64,000 nucleotides of DNA from Vicugna vicugna (Eukaryota), in NCBI GenBank assembly GCA_013265495.1, contig MU058781.1, positions 9,715,009 through 9,779,008 on the forward strand, given 5' to 3'. Position 1 is the first letter of the stretch. Each line of letters starts with the position of its first letter. Positions 12,775 through 27,100 of this stretch are shown here, piece by piece. A model generated the notes under the pieces. The model was not told where the DNA came from, did not search any database, and worked only from the letters and a program-made list of their open reading frames with translations. Made by a program: the position numbers and the translations under genes.

Positions 12775-12997
12775 GTGTAGTTAGGAGAGCACTTGACAAA
12801 GATTAAGACTTGAGTTTTAGTCTTACTTATTAGCTGTGGGAGACCTCCAGGGAATTACACAATTATCTCTGTTTGCATCCACAAAATGGGGACAATGATA
12901 ACTTCCCTGGCTACCTCACAAGATTGTAGTAAGGAACAATTTTACAATAAAAATGTATCATACATTTAAAAGTTCTACCCAAATGTAAGGTATCATT
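12775..12997 (+). mobile_element. MIR-family SINE
   Basis: cttattagctgtgggagacc...catccacaaaatggggacaatgataacttccctggctacctcacaagattgt. Confidence 0.7.
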
Positions 12998-13516
12998 CTT
13001 TTACATGTTTAAAGTGCTGATTGTTCTTTAAATAACATTTAAATATGTTAATCTCTACTTAAGCTCTGAGCAATATACAACAAATATGTGAGGGATTTGC
13101 GTTAGAGATAGTCAAATTAAAACACAGAAATGACGGTGCTTTAAGTGGTAAACCCCAGGTAAGTGAAAATTCACTTAGCTGCTGGTTTAAAATTTTTGGT
13201 TGTAAGTGACAGAAACCTTAGGTAGGGGAAGCACATACCTAAGAAGTCCAGGATGTGGTTCAGTATTCAGACATGGGAAAATGCTGGGACTGGCTCGTAC
13301 ATCATCTGTGTTTTTTAATTCTTAAGCAGTCTCTTTGCATATGGTAGCAAGGATGAATATCTGCTAATAAATGTCTCTTTTATTAAAGGGTCATTTCAAG
13401 CCATTCTAGAGAAGCATTGAAAGGTACTTTGGAAGAGCTGAGAGCATGATGTTTGCCTTCCCTAGTTCATGATGAGTGGGACCCTGAGCTGAGATGTAGC
13501 ATGATGTCCCATAGTG

Positions 13517-13703
13517 CAGGGGCTGGGATGGTGTAGCCAGTGGGCTGGAGCCTGTTTTGCAAGCTTTCTAAGAATGCAGCCCCAGCCATTCATTTACATA
13601 TTGTCTATGGCTGCTTTCAGGCTGCAACAGTAGAACTGAGTAATTGTGACAGAGATAAAAACTATTTGTCCCTTTCCGGAAAAAAAATTGGCTAAACCCT
13701 GCT
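13517..13703. mobile_element. MER58A-like hAT-Charlie MITE
   Basis: cattcatttacatattgtctatggctgctttc...gaactgagtaattgtgacagaga...aaaattggctaaaccctg. Confidence 0.8.
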
Positions 13704-16700
13704 CTGGAGGAATGTATGTGTCTAGTCTCAGCAATAAACTTCTTGGACTTTTGTTTTCTCCTCTTTACAATGATGGCTGCAGACTGGATGGCCCTTGAGA
13801 CTCCTTTCTGAAAGCTACCGTCTGTTCTCTGATGACTCTCTGGCTCTGTTCCTAAGGCTCCTGAATGCACAAATTAGTGCCCTGGAATCGCCTTCTCTGT
13901 CCTGTTCAACTCATGCCTCTTCACAGAGTTAAAATCCTAGACGTCTCTAAAGTGATTTTCCTCACCTGAGAAGAACTGGATTCAAGATTACCCATTATGC
14001 CGCACACACTTTGGTTGGAGAAAAGCACTTCTTTTATGCATTCTGTGAACTTGAGCACCCTCTCAGCTTCCCAGGTAGCAGGGAAGACTCTTCTGCAGCA
14101 TATATTTTCGAGGTAGGGACCAGTCCTTTTTCCTATGAGGGTGATGGAGAGGCGATATCGGGTGACATGGTGTGAAAGAATATTATAAAGAATCAGAATC
14201 TGGAGACTTAGACAAAGACCCCTGTGATCCAGTCACTCCAGATTTTAGAAATGAGAAAAATGCCTCCTTGGCAGCTTTCACCTCCTTAAACCACTGTTAG
14301 ACAATGTCTAGGTACTGGTGTTTAAGAGTCTCATGCTGTCGGTTTTAAACATTTCAAGTGATGGAATTATAAAATTAAGGCACATTAAATAGACAAAACA
14401 TTCCAGAGCTGGCCTCTTCCTCTTCCCCCTTCATTCTTCCATTGCTGTTGGTTCTAATTTCTCAAACCAGTAGGTGGTCTTTTGCACTTTACTACTTGCT
14501 TACTGATGGCCTTTGCCGTTTGTAGCCATAGTAATGGGATCATCTGTACATTTGCGACCTTGTTGAATGTGTGATTATGTCACTAGAGAAAGGACAGTGG
14601 CATTCTCTAATTGTGTAGCCTTTCAGCACCTTGACATGGGACCATCATCTATATTCTGTACCTTTTGTGTTTGTGCAGAGGCTGGGGTGTTAGTATATTT
14701 AGCCTATTATCCTAATCACCAGTGTTTTGGGGAGGGCTGTGTATACCTTTACATTATGATGGCATCGTTCCTGTTTTAATGTAGAGCTGATCAAAGATGG
14801 ACATAAGCATTGCCTGTTTTTACATAATACTGACAAAATTACTTAATTGTTGAAAAATTGGAGCTCGACTCTAGGCACTTTGTCATTTCAAGTAACCCTA
14901 GTATTTTAAGGCATACGTATACAACTATCTTCAATAACCTGAGAACAAAAATAAATATTTTAACAAGGAAAAAAAGTATGCCTTGACAAGCTGTGACTTG
15001 ATAGAGGAAGACAAGGAGTGGTCTCCATAGACCAAGAGAAAAATGGGGCCTCAGATATGTTTGTACTAAAGGAATGTTATGAAGATAAAAAGCTGCTTGT
15101 CAAAAAAAACAAACAGAAAACAAAAAAAACCCCACCAGACTTTATTTATGTTATTGCAAGACCAATGCTTCTTAATGAATAAAATGTATAAATTTTTTAC
15201 TCGTCTGTGTGTAATCTTAACTTTATATTTTATAATTATGTTGCTGGATGTTTTAATTTCAAGTACAGTAGGATGACCATAACAGTTTTAAGTAAGGCAA
15301 ATGTGAAAACGTACATAAATGAAAACTAAATAGTGAGAAATGGCTAATGGGTATAAATCTTAGCAGAGGAACTCAGATGTACAAGAAACGTAACAACGTA
15401 TCTTTCTTTAAACCTAATTTCGCTTTTAAGCCTCCGATTCCCTGGGTCTTAATTTTGTTCAGTTCAGGGATGCTTCCTTCTTCCTAAGGGTTGCACCTAA
15501 GTTTAAGGGGATGGCTAGAGCCAGAGCATGAAGGGGGTGCGAGTTCAGAGGGGCTCTGCTCTTTTGTGGCACCAAACAGCCGTTGGGACTCTTCCCACGC
15601 TGACATTTATCCACCCTGGCCTGGACCGAGATGTCTTCTTTCACATGTGATTCTTTGTTCTTTCCTGCAAGGGGTTTTCTTTGTTTCTGACTCATTCTCA
15701 AGTATTGGTTCACATGGAGACCTTCTGTTTCTTCCTTATGCTGATCCAGGGGTGGGAGACCCTCTTTGCCTAACCACACCTCCCAGATACTTCTTTCCTG
15801 GGGTCTTGCCACCTTCCTGGGGTAAAAGATTGTGCATGCTCTTTCCTCTTAGACCTTCCAGACACCCAAATCTAACCAGCAGTTTCTGAGAAGTCCACAG
15901 AGTTTAAACACCCTCTCCTCTCCTCCCATCTATTCTCCTTCTCTGTGGGGAAACTTTGTCCAGCTTGGAAGTAAAGTAGCCTGTCTTTCCCTCTGGAGCG
16001 TAGTCTCAAGACTCTTGCTTATTATTTGAGGTTTTTCATTTCTTCCTGAAGAGTAGGCTGTTAAAACAAAACTTGACTCCCTTTGTCTTTCTCCTTTAGT
16101 CTTCTTCTGCGTTATGCCTTCTCTAAAGCAACAAATTAAAAAAACTGCTTTAACTGAATAAATGGGACCAGGGTCAAGGAGGACAAGCTAATATTTCAAA
16201 ATACTGTCCTGTTGTAAATGAAAGTATAGTTTAAAATACAGTGGTGGGGTTACAGGTGATTGAAACACTGCCTCCTTCATAACTTTCAATGCTCTTGGTT
16301 TTCTAAATAGAAGGGGAGTCTCAGTGGGCTATTGCAGTATCCGTCTGAAATGAGACTCAATTCTTTGGTGCAAGTGCCCACTTATTTTTAAGGTCCAGTG
16401 TACAGCATTGTATTCATTTATTACCAACTGCTTGCTGGCCACCAGCGGAACGACAAGAGTAATGGGTATTAACTAGCAAGCAAAAGTCTTAGGTTCAAGA
16501 GCTGATTCTGTCACTAATTATTTCTGAAAGTCTGTATTTAGTAATTGCCTTCTTTATTTCTCATTTAAAAATATACAATAAAGAAGAGGATTGATTTTTG
16601 AGACTTACATTCTCGTTTTATTTGGTTCTAGCATATACCACATTGGGTGAATTTCAGGTATAAAAATAGGTGAAGGGAAGATCTGGACCTTGAACATCTA

Positions 16701-17158
16701 GGAAATTCAGGCTAATGGAGGATGTCTTGGGGTTCTTTGAACCCCAATGCAATGGAAGAGTTAAGGAGGTTACATGGAGTGTTGTTTGGCAAATAAACAT
16801 TCCTTATTGAGCATTTTTCTTAAAGCTGTTACATGCCCACGTTTTTAACCTCAGCCAGATTGAGCTGTTTGACTCAGTTGATATTTCTGATATAAAACTC
16901 TGCAGTAAAAGCTGTGGTTTTGCTGTTTTAGGTACATACTATAAAGTGCCCACATGGATTATAGAAAATCCATCCAAAATCTCTGGTCCCAAAGGATTTG
17001 TGTTTGTATTATATAGCACTTTCTATTTTCATAGTTCGATGTAATAGAAATTGCTTAAACATTTAAAATGATGACCTTAAAATGTGGGGATGGGAAGAGT
17101 GAGAACACTTGACTTCCCTCTATACAGCTGAATTGCTCTTTGTGTTTAAAGTTTTGAC

Positions 17159-17187
17159 AGAGAGAGAGAGAGGGAGAGGGAGAGAGA
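17159..17187. repeat. Imperfect (GA)n microsatellite
   Basis: Read directly. Confidence 0.85.
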
Positions 17188-17594
17188 ATATCCTTATTTG
17201 GTAATGAAGCCCATTAAAAGGATGGTATATTGCGTTTCATTTTCCTTCTTCACATTCCTGTTTTAAGGATTTATGAGTAAAGTGCTGTGAGACCTCTAGA
17301 GTTAAGAGGCTGGAGAGAGGTAGTTTGGAGGATATTTAAAGGGGCACTTAATAGTATGTATAGTCTGAGTAGTGAAGCTTAATTAGCTTCAATTAAATCT
17401 AAAGCATACTGAGCAGCTACTGTGTTTCTGACACTGTCCTGTGTGCAGAAGTGGCCTACAGATGAAAAGAGCCATTGACACTTACAGATGAAACAATAAC
17501 TTAGAGCAACTGATTGCCTGCCCAACACACAGTTAAAAGGTCACTGGTGCCTTCTTTTAACTTGCTGATCATTGTCGGTCCCTCATCCCAGATA

Positions 17595-17790
17595 GGTGGT
17601 GTGATACAATTGGAAGATCACTGTATTTAGACTCAAAAGTCCTGGGTTTGAGTCCTGGCTTGAATGTGTATTTATGAATCTGTTAAATGGAGGTAATGAC
17701 GGTCCCACCTGCCTTCCTGGGTTGTTTTAGGTGGCAAATAAGATGGTGTATATACCAGCTTCTTGCAAACCGGAAAAGGCTCTTCTGTGC
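17595..17790 (+). mobile_element. MIR-family SINE
   Basis: cctgggtttgagtcctggct...atctgttaaatggaggtaatgacggtcccacctgcc. Confidence 0.65.
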
Positions 17791-17798
17791 TAAGAATC

Positions 17799-17880
17799 TT
17801 GTTATGGGCTGAAATATGTCCCCTAGATTCATATGTTAAAGTCTTAATACTCACATTACCTCACAATGTGACTGTTATGG
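17799..17880 (+). mobile_element. MLT1 LTR 5' fragment
   Basis: tgttatgggctgaaatatgtcccctagattcatatgttaaagtc...acctcacaatgtgactg. Confidence 0.75.
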
Positions 17881-17882
17881 TC

Positions 17883-18158
17883 TTTTTTTAAAAAATTGAG
17901 GTATCATTGATACTTAACACACTAGTCAGGTGTACAACATGATGATTTGAAAAAAATTGTGTACATTGTGAAATATTCACCACAATAAGTCTAGTTAACA
18001 TCCATCACCACGCATAGTTACAAAATGTTTTTTTCTTGTGAGAATTTTTAAGATCTTCTCTTAGCAACTGATCAATATGTAATACAGTAGTATTTAACTG
18101 TAGCCACCATGCTATACATTACGTTCCCGGAGCTTAACTTATTTTATAACTGGAGGTT
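17883..18158 (-). mobile_element. L1MA9-like 3' end
   Basis: Poly-T then caggtgtacaacatgatgatttg...caccacaataagtctagttaacatccatcacc...caccatgctatacatta. Confidence 0.85.
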
Positions 18159-19289
18159 AATACAGCATGCAACTAAGTACCCAAAATGACGATATGGGGT
18201 GATATTTGTTAAAGCCAGTTATTAAGTACATATAATTATTTCAATTTATAGCTGTATTCTGATTTTTCAGTAGACAGAGTGAATTATTAGTCAGCTGGGT
18301 TGCAGGAACAGAAGAGGAGTTCCTTGATGGACCCCAGTTCTGCTGTCTGACAGCTCTCAGCTCATGGTTTTCTGTAGCTCTTGACTTCATCTTCTGGGAT
18401 ATCCTTCCTTTCTTGGTCTTTGGCCACCTCTGAAGGAAACATTGGGGAATATATCTTCCTTGGGTACTGAGCAGATTTTTCAGCCTAATGTCTCTTTTGG
18501 AGAAAGTTGGGGCCACCAAAATTGATTTAAGTTCTGAGTTGTCATAGTCTGTCTTAATCCTGGTTGGTGCCACCTTTGCCAGTACAGCTGTGATATGTCT
18601 GTTGCCTTCTGAACTGCTCCACGTGTCGATAGCTGTCTCTACAATTGTTTTTGAGACATGCCTCTCTGTAGATTTATTTTGAGTTTACTGCCTCCTTGGG
18701 TGAGCTACACACACATTCTCTGTATTTTGAGTATCTTTTTCCTAACTGAGATTTCCTGTGGATGACCTTAAACAGTTTATAGTGTTTAACTGAGGAAGTG
18801 ATGACCATACTTAAGATTTGGTCTTCACCTTGAGATTTAGTCTCATTTTGTTGCTTGAATATTTCTCAGTACTTCCTTTTACTAGTTATAGATGAACAAC
18901 AACAACAAAAAATAACTGCATCTTTCAACCCTGCTAGAAATGAAGTTGCTGGATTTTCTCTGTATCCTCTCATTCCTAGATTCTCTCTACCTACTTTCAT
19001 CCTAATTTTGTTGAGCTGCTTTTTCTCTTGTAATAGCTTGTTAGAGGCAGCTGATAGTGACAACCCAGGCACACTAGCAAAATCCTCACTTTGCCATCTC
19101 TTTACCTAAAGCCACAAGTTCAATAGGTATATTAGCTGACTCCCATGCTATCACAGAAGACATTTTAAATCATTATCACATAACATTGCTCATCATTTTT
19201 CTTAGCCTCAAGTAATATTTCCCTCACCACCTATACCACCTGGCTCCAAGGCCACTGCCTTGTATTTTATGTATTATTAAATCATCACC

Positions 19290-19800
19290 TACTTCTGGTA
19301 CCAATTTCTTTATTCTGGTTCAGACTTTTTGTTTTTTTTTCCAGATTTGCTTCAATAGCAACAACCATAAAATCCCATTAATTTGCAATGGCAAACATTT
19401 ATTTCTTGCTCTCATTACATTTTGGCAGTGAGTGAATCAGTGGCTGCAGCTCTGCTTAATGAGTCCTCGCATCATGAGATGCTCATAGAAGGGACACCCT
19501 CTATATTCCCCATCTACATTTCAGCTCCATAATATACATTCTTTCTGCGTGTTGTATCATAGAGAGGAAGACCAACAGGGCTTCCAGAAACAATCAGTGT
19601 GTCTTCAAGCTTCTACTTGCATGTGGCTCACGTTACGTGAGCCTTTGGCCAAAGCAGGTCACATGGCCAGCTCATACAAGAGAATGGGGAAAAATGCTTC
19701 GCTTACATGACACTGCAAGTCACGTGGCCATGAATGGGGATATATTATACTTTGGTAATGAAGAGGGGAGTGAATAATAAAGGAAAATAATATCTCAAAG
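19290..19800 (-). mobile_element. Old MLT1 (J/K-like) LTR
   Basis: caaacatttatttcttgctc; ttggccaaagcaggtcacatggcca; gcaagtcacgtggcca. Confidence 0.6.
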
Positions 19801-21567
19801 ACACCAAGGCCAATTGTGTCTAAGAAGCTTGACCAACTTGGTAGGATGACTTACTAATGGATTGGTGTTCCTGTATGCTCAGATTTACTGCCAAGACAGA
19901 CAATTTAGGAAAATCAGAATCCTAGTTACAATAAGAAGAGGTATATTACAAAGATATTTTTTACTGGAGAGCAGTTGAATTGTTACGATGCTCATTATTA
20001 GATTTGTTACTAACATGGTGTTAGTCGTATGTACATTTCATATTGATTAAGCCCTTACTGTCCGTCAGACAAAAGAGTAAGCCTTTTCCTGTCTTTATTT
20101 AAACCTAACAAGAGTCCTGAGATGTAACTATTTCTCTTCCAGTTTATAGTTGAGAATGTTGAAGGACAGAATAGGTAAACAGTTTACCCCTAGTCACAGA
20201 TCCCTGCTTCTCCTCACTGTGATATATTTTATTTTTCCATTTTTCTTTTTCACATTGTGCAGATTCTATGAATATCACCACTCATCCTCTGTTTGGACTT
20301 CATGAAGCAGTGTATTTACCAAATTACCACCTCATGAAATAGTGTACTCTAAATTGGGGTAGCTCAAATTACTAGAAAAAAATATGTCTTTGATCAGTTT
20401 ACCCTATTTTTTCCAATTGATCCTAGTTTTTATCTTATGGAGATAAATGTATAATTTTCCTTCATGTAGTAGAAATATCTTTGAAGTTTTATCTTCTCTA
20501 AAGATAATTTCTTCAGCAATTGCTTATGTGACATGGGCCACTAGTTTTCATCATCTCAGCTAACTTACTCTTGGACTGTCAAACCCTTTTAAGTGTAGAA
20601 CAAGAGCTGGTGATAATATAGCATATATATGAATATTTATGCTAAATTTGCAAGAAATAATGGTTTCTGTTCAACTGAAATATCTCAAAACATAAAAGAG
20701 TACTTGATGTTTTACGAAATCTGGCTCCTACCTCTTTCTCTGGCCTGAATTGATATATTTAACGAATGGCTGTATTCTGCTGAGGGGCCAATTCTGCAAT
20801 TTTTAGCAAAGAATCGAAGTCTGTCACTAAAACTTTTGTTGAATCCTGGCCTGAAGGCTCCTTGATCATCTCAAAGGTTAGAAAAGGATTAAAGGTGAGT
20901 GATGGGTATCTCTTAGTTGCTTTGGTAAATTTATGTCCTCATATAGAACATTAATTTTTTAAGTTAAACTTTGTGACTCAAGATGAACACTTGTATGTTT
21001 CTATTTGACACTTGTATTTGTCAAATCCCAAAGCAAGGTGAACCCTAAACAAACCAGCTTCTTGGCGTCTCCTCCAAACAACATGCACAGCAAATACTTG
21101 AACTTCTGTTGTGCTTTAAAATGTCAGCTCATTCTTTTACTCATGGGGCTATTAGAGGATCTTATTTAAAAACCCTGAACTTGGAAATGAATATTAAGTT
21201 CTTTTTTTAACCATTTGGTATGTCTCTTCCTAGTGATCATATAAATTATGGAATTTGCCATTTCAAAAGTCTGTTTGTCTTGTTCTATGTAATAAGTAGG
21301 TCAGGGTGGAGACATTCTAATATGACTATACAGATTAAAAATAGCATGTTGTAAACAGGCTAATCATGCTAAGAAAATGGAAGTTATCTGCTGTATTTTC
21401 TAGGACTTCTAATGATTCTAGTGCAATATTTATCTCAGTCTTGCAAGCATTTGAATAAAGGAAATAAAGCCCAGAGAATCCAGTACTGCTTTCTGCCGTT
21501 TGATCTCACTTGTTTGTACGTTTTGTTGTTGGAATTGGAGAGCTAATCTTGCACTTGCTCAGAGAAT

Positions 21568-21740
21568 CAGAGTTCTTAAGTAGTAAAACTTAGTTTAAGG
21601 CACTTTAAAAAAACAGCTTGCTAGGTCCCACTGCCAGAAAATCTGGGATGGGGCCCAGGAATTTACATTCTAACACATCCCCAGGTGAAGCTGATGCTTC
21701 TGGTCAGAGGACTCCGGATTTAGCTCAAATGGTGTAGAGA
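21568..21740. mobile_element. MER5A-like hAT-Charlie MITE
   Basis: tctgggatggggcccaggaatttacattctaacacatccccaggtgaagctgatgct. Confidence 0.8.
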
Positions 21741-22782
21741 ACCTTTGAAATAGATGTCTAGCGGGGGAGTTGAGGCCTCCTCCAGCTATTTGATGATGTG
21801 ATTCATAACCTACTGATTAATGTGCTTGAAGAGTTCCTCCTTTGAGCTAGAACACTGATTCAGTGTAAAAGAAACAAATCCCAGCAACAGGATGAGGGTG
21901 GTCCTGGCTCAGAGATTATTCAGTGTGGCATATGTAAAGTAGAACGAGGGACTGTTTGGGTGAATGGAATCATTGTTTAGCCTTTAAAAAATGTGTTTTA
22001 AAATTTCTGTCTTCCATCTATCTATTCTATATCTGTCTGTTTATCAGTCATTGTCTGTTACAAGACATATGAGGGAGTACCATTTCCCAGAAGAGAGACT
22101 CAGGTTTTGAAGATATTCATAGTATTAATTTTTCTGAAAAAAAAAAAAAAAAAGAAAAGGATGCATTTTATAATAAGGAAACATGTTAACATGTTGCTAC
22201 ACCCAAGGGCCTAGGTTAAGGTTAATACCTCATTAGCTGCATTAATAATGTGACACCTGTATTTGTGATGCACAGTCTTAAAATAATACATACTGTTGCA
22301 GCACCTTAATTCAGGGAAACATTAATTTATTTGAATGTTGAATATTTATATATACATTTATTAAATTTAAATGTCTTATCTGATATTAAATTATTGTTCA
22401 AGCTTTATTTGATTAGAACTTCCTGGTAATCTTTTTCCTTTTTTCCTATTTTAATTTTTTGGTGTGTGTGTCATTGTCACTCTTGGAACAGAGCAGAATG
22501 GGTTTTGAAAAATCTAGTATGAAAATCCCTGTCTTTCAATAAGCAGGTTTTATCCTTTATGTTTATTGTGATTATTGCTGTATCTGATCTTCTGCAATCT
22601 TATTATGTGTTGCAATCTTATTATGTGTTTTCTGTTTATCATTTTTGGACTTCTTTTTTTGCCATTAATTTTTGCTTGTTATGGGAAAATTGAAGAATTT
22701 TGTGTTCCATTTTCCCCTGAAGACTTAGATGTTATTCATTCTATTTAACTTCTTTTAGAGGTTCCTTAAATTTTTTACATAC

Positions 22783-23285
22783 GTGCCTAGCAAAGATCCC
22801 CCAGAGATGTTCCCAGAAACTGTGAGTGTGCTAACTCACATGCCAGTAGGTCCTCTGCAGTGGACAAAATTAAGAATCTTGAGGTGAGGGAGATTATCCT
22901 GTATTAGCTGGGGAATGGGCAGGGTAAACAGTAGGATCTTTATAAGAGTGAAAGAGGGAGGCAGGAGATGTGATGACAGAGGCAGAATCAAAGTAATACA
23001 GCATGAGGAAGACTTGACTGTGCACTGCTTACTGGGTTTGAAGATGGAAGGGGCCATGAACCAGGGAACACAGGCAACTTCTAGAAGCTGGAAAAGGCAA
23101 GGGAAAAGATTCTTCTCTGAGTCTCAGGAAAAAAATAGAGCCCTGCCCTGCCAACACCCTGATTTTAACCCAGTGAGACCTGTTTTGGACTACTGACCTC
23201 CAAAAATGTAACATCATAATTTTGTGTTCTTTCAAGTCGTTAAATTTGTTGTAATTTGTTAAGAGCAGCAATAGGAAACAGATAC
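22783..23285 (+). mobile_element. MLT1D-like ERVL-MaLR solo LTR
   Basis: cttgaggtgagggagattatcctgtatta; tttgaagatggaaggggccatgaacca; tctagaagctggaaaaggcaagg; gtaatttgttaagagcagcaataggaaac. Confidence 0.9.
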
Positions 23286-24181
23286 TCTTTTAGATTATTA
23301 TGATGATTTAAAAACTTAATTGATAACAAGAAAGTGCTTTGTAAACTGAAGTACTATAAATGTTAATTATTATTAATAAAATTAAAATGGGTTCTAACAA
23401 CTCTAATTAAAAGGATGAGATCTGTCTCAAACAAAATTTAGGTTAGAAATGGGCTAGTGGGTCTTTGCCATTTTCATCAACTTTAATAGGGTTTCTCTCA
23501 AAGTGAATTAACAGAACCATTTAAAGCAACCCCTCTGGGACCAATCTGAAATTAATTTTTCAGCTTGAGCTCCACAACATTCTCTAAACCGTAAATGAAA
23601 AGGGAGCAATACTTCTCTGAGTAGTGTAGCAGCTTAAGTTAGAGGTCCACTAGTACAACATACAAGTGACCTTAGAATAAAACAATCTTTGTTGGTTGAA
23701 ACTTTTTTAAATCAGAGAAGAACATTTTATATATATGTCATAGCCCATGGTAGTGTAATCCTAATAATAAACGGATTATTTTTAAAATTTGTAGCCTGCA
23801 AATATATAGAGGAAACATTTTCTGGTAGTACTAAGCTCAAGAAACTGGTCTAATTCTCCATTTCTCACCTTCCTCCTTCCTTCCCCCAACCTCAGCCTCT
23901 GGTTGTTACCACTCCTTAACCCTCGTGGAAAAATACAATGACACTCTTCACTGGTATAGACTATAAAATAACCCAGTTGGTACAAATTCTTAGAAATTAC
24001 TCCTTTTGAGCCAGTGATTTCCTCCTTTGTGCGCCTGAAAACTATTTTACATTCAGGAACAATGATGTTTGACATTTAAGTCACCCATATGATTGCTTGA
24101 AACTATTCACATATATCACATTATATAGAAAAACAATTAATTTTCTAAAATCTTCACTGTTACTCCAGATAAATTTTGGTC

Positions 24182-27100
24182 ATGTTAAAAATAATTCACT
24201 TCTGGATAATAAAGCAAGAACCTTCAATATGCTGCATACAAGAGACCCACTTTAGGGAGAAGGACACATATAGATTGAGAGTGAAAGGATTGAAAAGGAT
24301 ATTCCATGCAAATGGAAAAGCCAAAAAAGCAGGTGTTGCAGTACTGATTTCAGACAAAATAGACTTTAAAACAAAGGCCATAAAGAAAGATAAAGAGGGA
24401 CATTTTATAATGATTAAAGGAGTGATACAAGATGAAGACATTACACTCGTTAATATACATGCACCCAATATAGGAGCACCTAAGTACATACAAGAATTAC
24501 TAACAGAGATAAAGGGGGATATTGATGGGAATACAATCATAGTTGGAGATTTTAACACTGCATTAACATCACTAGACAGATCTTCCAGACAGAAAATAAA
24601 CAAGACAACAGAGAAATTAAATACTACAATAGAAAAACTAGATTTGGTGGATATTTTCAGAGCATTACACCCCCAAAAAATAGAATATACATTCTTTTCA
24701 AGTGCACATGGAACATTTTCCAGGATCGATCATGTACTTGGACACAAAAGAAACCTCAACAAATTTAAGAAGATAGAAATTATCTCAAGCATCTTTACTG
24801 ACCACAATGCCATGAAACTGGAAATCAACAACAGAGAAACAAAGGAGAAAAAAAGAAAAGCATGGAGATTAAACAATATGTTATTGAAAAAACAATGGAT
24901 CAATGAGGAAATCAAAGCTGAAATTAAAAAATACCTTGAGACAAATGATAATGAAAGCACAACCACTCAAAACCTATGGGACACAGCAAAGGCAGTGCTA
25001 AGAGGGAAGTTTATAGCGATACAGGCCTTCCTCAAAAAAGAAGAACAATCTCAAATAAACAAGTTAACCCACCACCTGAATCAATTAGAAAAAGAAGAAC
25101 AAAAAGCCCCAAAAAGCAGCAGAAGGAAGGAAATAATAAAGATCAGAGAGGAATTAAATACAATAGAGATTAACAAGACCATAGAAAAAATCAACCAAAC
25201 CAAAAGCTGGTTTTTTGAAAAAGTAAATAAAATCGACAAACCTCTGGCCAAACTCACAAAGAAGAAAAAAGAGAGAGCACAAATTAGCAAAATAAGAAAG
25301 GAAAATGGAGAAATTACAACAAACAAAATAGAAATACAGAATATCATACGAGAATATTATGAAAAACTATATGGAACCAAACTGGATAACCTAGAGGAGA
25401 TGGACAAGTTTCTGGAAACATACTGTCCACCAAAACTGAATCAAGAAGAAACTGAACACTTGAACAATCCGATCACTAGAAAGGAAATAGAAATAGCAAT
25501 TAAAAACCTCCCTACAAATAAAAGTCCAGGACCGGATGGCTTCACCGGGGAATTCTACCAAACATACAAAGAAGAACTCATACCAGTCCTTCTCAAACTC
25601 TTCCAGACGATTGAAAAGGAGGGAATACTCCCAAACTCATTCTATGAAGCCACCATCACCCTGATACCAAAACCAGGCAAAGACACTACAAAAAAAGAGA
25701 ATTATAGGCCAATATCACTGATGAACATAGACGCCAAAATCCTCACCAAAATTTTAGCAAATAGAATCCAACAACACATAAAAAAGATTATACATCATGA
25801 CCAAGTGGGGTTCATCCCAGGGACACAAGGCTGGTTCAACATACGCAAATCAATCAATGTAATACATCACATCAACAAGAGAAAGGACAAAAACCACATG
25901 ATCATCTCAATCGATGCAGAAAAAGCATTTGATAAAATTCAACACCCATTTATGATAAAAACTCTCGCCAAAGTGGGTATAGAGGGAACATATCTCAACA
26001 TAATAAAAGCTATATATGACAAACCTACAGCCAGCATAGTTCTCAACGGTGAAAAACTCAAAAGCTTCCCACTAAAATCTGGGACAAGACAAGGATGCCC
26101 ACTATCACCACTCCTATTCAACATAGTCCTGGAAGTCCTAGCCACAGCAATCAGGCAAGAGAAAGAAATAAAAGGGATCCAAATTGGAAAAGAAGAGGTA
26201 AAAGTGTCATTATATGCTGACGACATGTTACTATATATAGAAAACCCTAAAAGGTCCACAAAAAAGCTACTAGAGCTGATCGAAGAATTCAGCAAGGTAG
26301 CAGGTTACAAAATTAATGTTCAAAAATCAGTTGCCTTTCTTTACACTAACGATAAATCAACAGAAAAAGAAAGTAAAGAAACAATCCCCTTTAAAATAGC
26401 ACCCAAAGTAATAAAATATCTGGGAATAAATCTAACCAAGGAGGTGAAAGAATTATACACAGAAAACTATAAACCATTGATGAAGGAAATTAAAGAAGAC
26501 TTTAAAAAATGGAAAGATATTCCATGCTCTTGGATTGGAAGAATCAATATTGTTAAAATGGTCACACTGCCCAAGGCAATCTACAGATTTAATGCAATCC
26601 CTATCCAATTACCCAGGACATATTTCACAGAACTAGAACAAATCATAATAAAATTTATATGGAACCATCAAAGACCTAGAATTGCTAAAGCATTACTGAA
26701 GAGAAAGAAAGAGGCTGGAGGAATAACTCTCCCAGACTTCAGACAATACTATAGAGCTACAGTCATCAAGACAGCATGGTATTGGTACCAAAACAGACAT
26801 ATAGACCAATGGAACAGAATAGAGAGCCCAGAAATGAACCCACAAACTTTTGGTCAACTCATCTTCGACAAAGGAGGCAAGAATATACAATGGAATAAAG
26901 ACAGTCTCTTCAGCAAATGGTGTTGGGAAAACTGGACAGCAGCATGTAAAACAATGAAGCTAGAACACACCCTTACACCATATACAAAAATCAACTCAAA
27001 ATGGATTAAAGACTTAAACATAAGACAAGATACAATAAACCTCCTAGAGGAAAACATAGGCAAAACATTATCTGACATACATTTCAAAAATTTTCTCCTA

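Noticed and set aside
15459..15889. Overlapping 117-aa and 132-aa ORFs on opposite strands
   Set aside because: No homology I recognise; consistent with chance ORFs in locally GC-richer DNA
22593..22628. 18-bp perfect tandem duplication TGCAATCTTATTATGTGT x2 (similar small duplications at ~35278-35298 and ~63208-63250)
   Set aside because: Ordinary slippage duplications with no sign of function
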